64,000 nt of DNA, from the NCBI GenBank assembly GCA_963749655.1, contig CAVVOB010000013.1, positions 1 through 64,000 of the forward strand. Reading direction: 5' to 3'. Within the stretch, counting starts at the first letter, position 1. Each line of letters starts with the position of its first letter. Both the position numbers and the translations under genes were made by a program. Positions 62,090 through 64,000 of the stretch are shown piece by piece. The notes under the pieces are model-generated. The model saw only the letters and a program-made list of their open reading frames with translations, had not been told where the DNA came from and did not search any database. Source of the stretch: Nitrospirota bacterium. GTDB taxonomy: Bacteria; Nitrospirota; UBA9217.

Positions 62090-62688
62090 GCGACTTGTCG
62101 TTAGGAAGATTTATTCGAGGTTACATGTGTAGTTTCTATAAAGTCGTCATTCCCGCGTGATTCTAAGCCTGCCCGGCATGCTTGAAACCGGGGGGAATCA
62201 TATTGCCGAATAATGTATTGAATAGGAAAGATTCCCCCGAGCAAGTCGGGGCAAGCTGCTCAAGCCGTAGTGACGTCAAAGGCGTAAAGTTCAACTTTTT
62301 TACGAGACCCATCTGCAAATAAACACGTTATTCGTAAATGCGTCCTTACCCCACCTTCTCCTGCAGGAAAAATCATACAAAGAAAAATTCCCGCTTAATC
62401 AATTGACTGACTGTTTACGTGAAATTTGCTGCAACATTCTGAGGTCTAATTATAAATTTACTACCCTAAAAATACCCCATTATTGTTGTTGACCCATCAT
62501 ACCTAGGTATGATATCAATGTCCTCGCACCAAAACATCTCTGTCTGATTTTTCTTTCGCAGTAAATCATTCCGCAGAAAATAATAAGTCTGTCTTTAGCC
62601 TGCATCGTATTTTTTACGAGTTTACGAGTTGCATCGTTGTCTGCTGCGACTGTTGGAAAAAATTTTTTGAAACTCAAGGAGGGAAAAT

Positions 62689-63460
62689 ATGAAGAAAATA
62701 ATCATGTCATTTGTTATCAGCCTGTTGATGATGCACGCCGCTGATCTTTATGCGGCGAATGGCGATCTTACTGTGAATGGGAATGCCGGCATTGCTACAA
62801 ATCTGACTGTGAGCGGGAAAGTTGGTATTGGCACAACATCGCCGCAAGCCAGCTTAGACATCGGCGGCAATCCTGCCAGTGCAATCGGAAGCGCCATTTG
62901 TTAATGGTTCCGGAAATAATATCGCAGCCACAGGTCGCCCATATATTCGCGGCAGTTTAGCTAGGCTTATCTTAACGGTGGCGGGACCGCATCAGGCGGC
63001 AACTGATGATTTAGTTATACCGGTGATGGTCCTACCGGAGATGTGCGTATACGAGCGAATCTGTTTGTTATGAGTATGGTAGGTTGGAATCGGAATAAAT
63101 CCGATATTTAAGCTGGATGTCGCAGGAGTACATTCGTGCTGTCAACGTTACTCCGCCATCTGACGAAAATTTAAGGACAATATTAAGAGCATAGAATCGC
63201 CGTTGACCAAGGTGTTGAGCATGGAGGGTGTGACTTTCAATTGGAGAAGAGACGAGTTCAAGGAAAATAATTTTCCCGAGGGCAGGCATTACGGCGTGAT
63301 CGCTCAGGAAATGGAGAAGGTGCTGCCCGACGTGGTCTTAACGGCCCCTGATGGGTCAAAATCCGTGGCGTACATGGAGATTATTCCGGTATTGATTGAG
63401 GCGATCAAGGAGCAGCAGAAAGAAATCGAACAGTTGAAAAAAATGATAGTGGGTAAATGA
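62689..63460 (+). CDS. Secreted protein with C-terminal peptidase S74 (tail-fibre intramolecular chaperone) domain, frameshifted
   Basis: AAGGAGG RBS, signal peptide, GKVGIGTTSPQASLDI; PSDENL..., GVTFNWR, GVIAQEMEKVLP, VAYMEIIPVLIEAIKEQQKEI. Confidence 0.8.
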
Positions 63461-63563
63461 GACAACTCGGATAGTCTTTTGATCTGCAGAAGAACCTCTG
63501 TATGCTCAACGCGCGTTGTGCAGTCGAAGTAAAAAAGTTCATGTTCTACCTTTGGAGGGAACC

Positions 63564-64000
63564 ATGCTGGGTAAACAAAATCCCCCACGCATCTTGTCGA
63601 TTATCATTGTTGCATGCATGATATTGACCGGCTCTTCGGCTATTCATGCCGCCGAGACGGTGATACATACATATGATGAGCTCAACCGGCTTATACAGTC
63701 AACCTATTCGGACGGTACGACCTTGATCTTCGAATATGACAAGCTGGGCAATCGTATAACAAAAAAGAAGCTGTTCAAACCCCACATCCTCACGATAGTA
63801 AAATCAGGCACCGGTACGGGCAGGGTCACAAGTACGCCGCAGCGAATCGATTGCGGAGGCGCATGCTCGGATAAATTCAGCGAAGGCACATCAATAACTT
63901 TAACCGAAGCTCCATCAGGCAGCTCTTTATTTTCCGGATGGTCAGGTGGCGGATGCAGCGGAACAGGTTCTTGTGTGTTAAGCGTCACTGCAGACACGAC
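63564..64000 (+). CDS. Secreted RHS/YD-repeat protein with an InlB B-repeat-like domain (runs off the window)
   Basis: GGAGG RBS, signal peptide, YDELNRL...YDKLGNR, then KSGTGTGRVTSTP..IDCG..C...FSGWSGGGCSGTGSC. Confidence 0.85.
   Translation, partial: MLGKQNPPRILSIIIVACMILTGSSAIHAAETVIHTYDELNRLIQSTYSDGTTLIFEYDKLGNRITKKKLFKPHILTIVKSGTGTGRVTSTPQRIDCGGACSDKFSEGTSITLTEAPSGSSLFSGWSGGGCSGTGSCVLSVTADT

Overview
This window is not one genome. A back-to-back Oxford Nanopore adapter remnant at 22169-22215 joins two unrelated molecules and cuts a czcA gene on the left and a response-regulator gene on the right. The left part (1-22168) looks Desulfomonile-like (inferred). It holds a dense REP/REPIN mosaic with an excisionase-like HTH gene, LOG, gldA, a tandem terminase-type HTH protein, prmA-like, icd, an hddA-like kinase, pbpC, endonuclease V, a PAS/GAF hybrid kinase and a czcB/czcA cluster, many broken by single-base indels. 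The right part (22216-64000) is more GC-rich and probably Nitrospirota (inferred). It holds a MacAB-type ABC exporter, a GH57 glucanotransferase, uppS-cdsA-dxr-rseP-ispG-proS, a GspE/PilB ATPase, a CNNM protein, mdh, fumarase alpha/beta, apt, a DUF2844/DUF3443 pair, rlpA, pepA, uvrB, truC, a sensor kinase and an S74-chaperone/YD-repeat secreted locus. The best biological finding is a NifU/Nfu-domain gene at 41483-41722 whose CxxC motif reads C-W-R-UGA and is followed by a SECIS-like hairpin, so it is a probable selenoprotein missed by the ORF track. Also notable are a twice-repeated ~105-bp structured element with covariation, tandem-oligomer palindromes inserted between operon genes, and probable leaderless mRNAs. 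No rRNA, tRNA or CRISPR array was seen. All family and taxonomic assignments come from motif recognition by eye, not from database searches.
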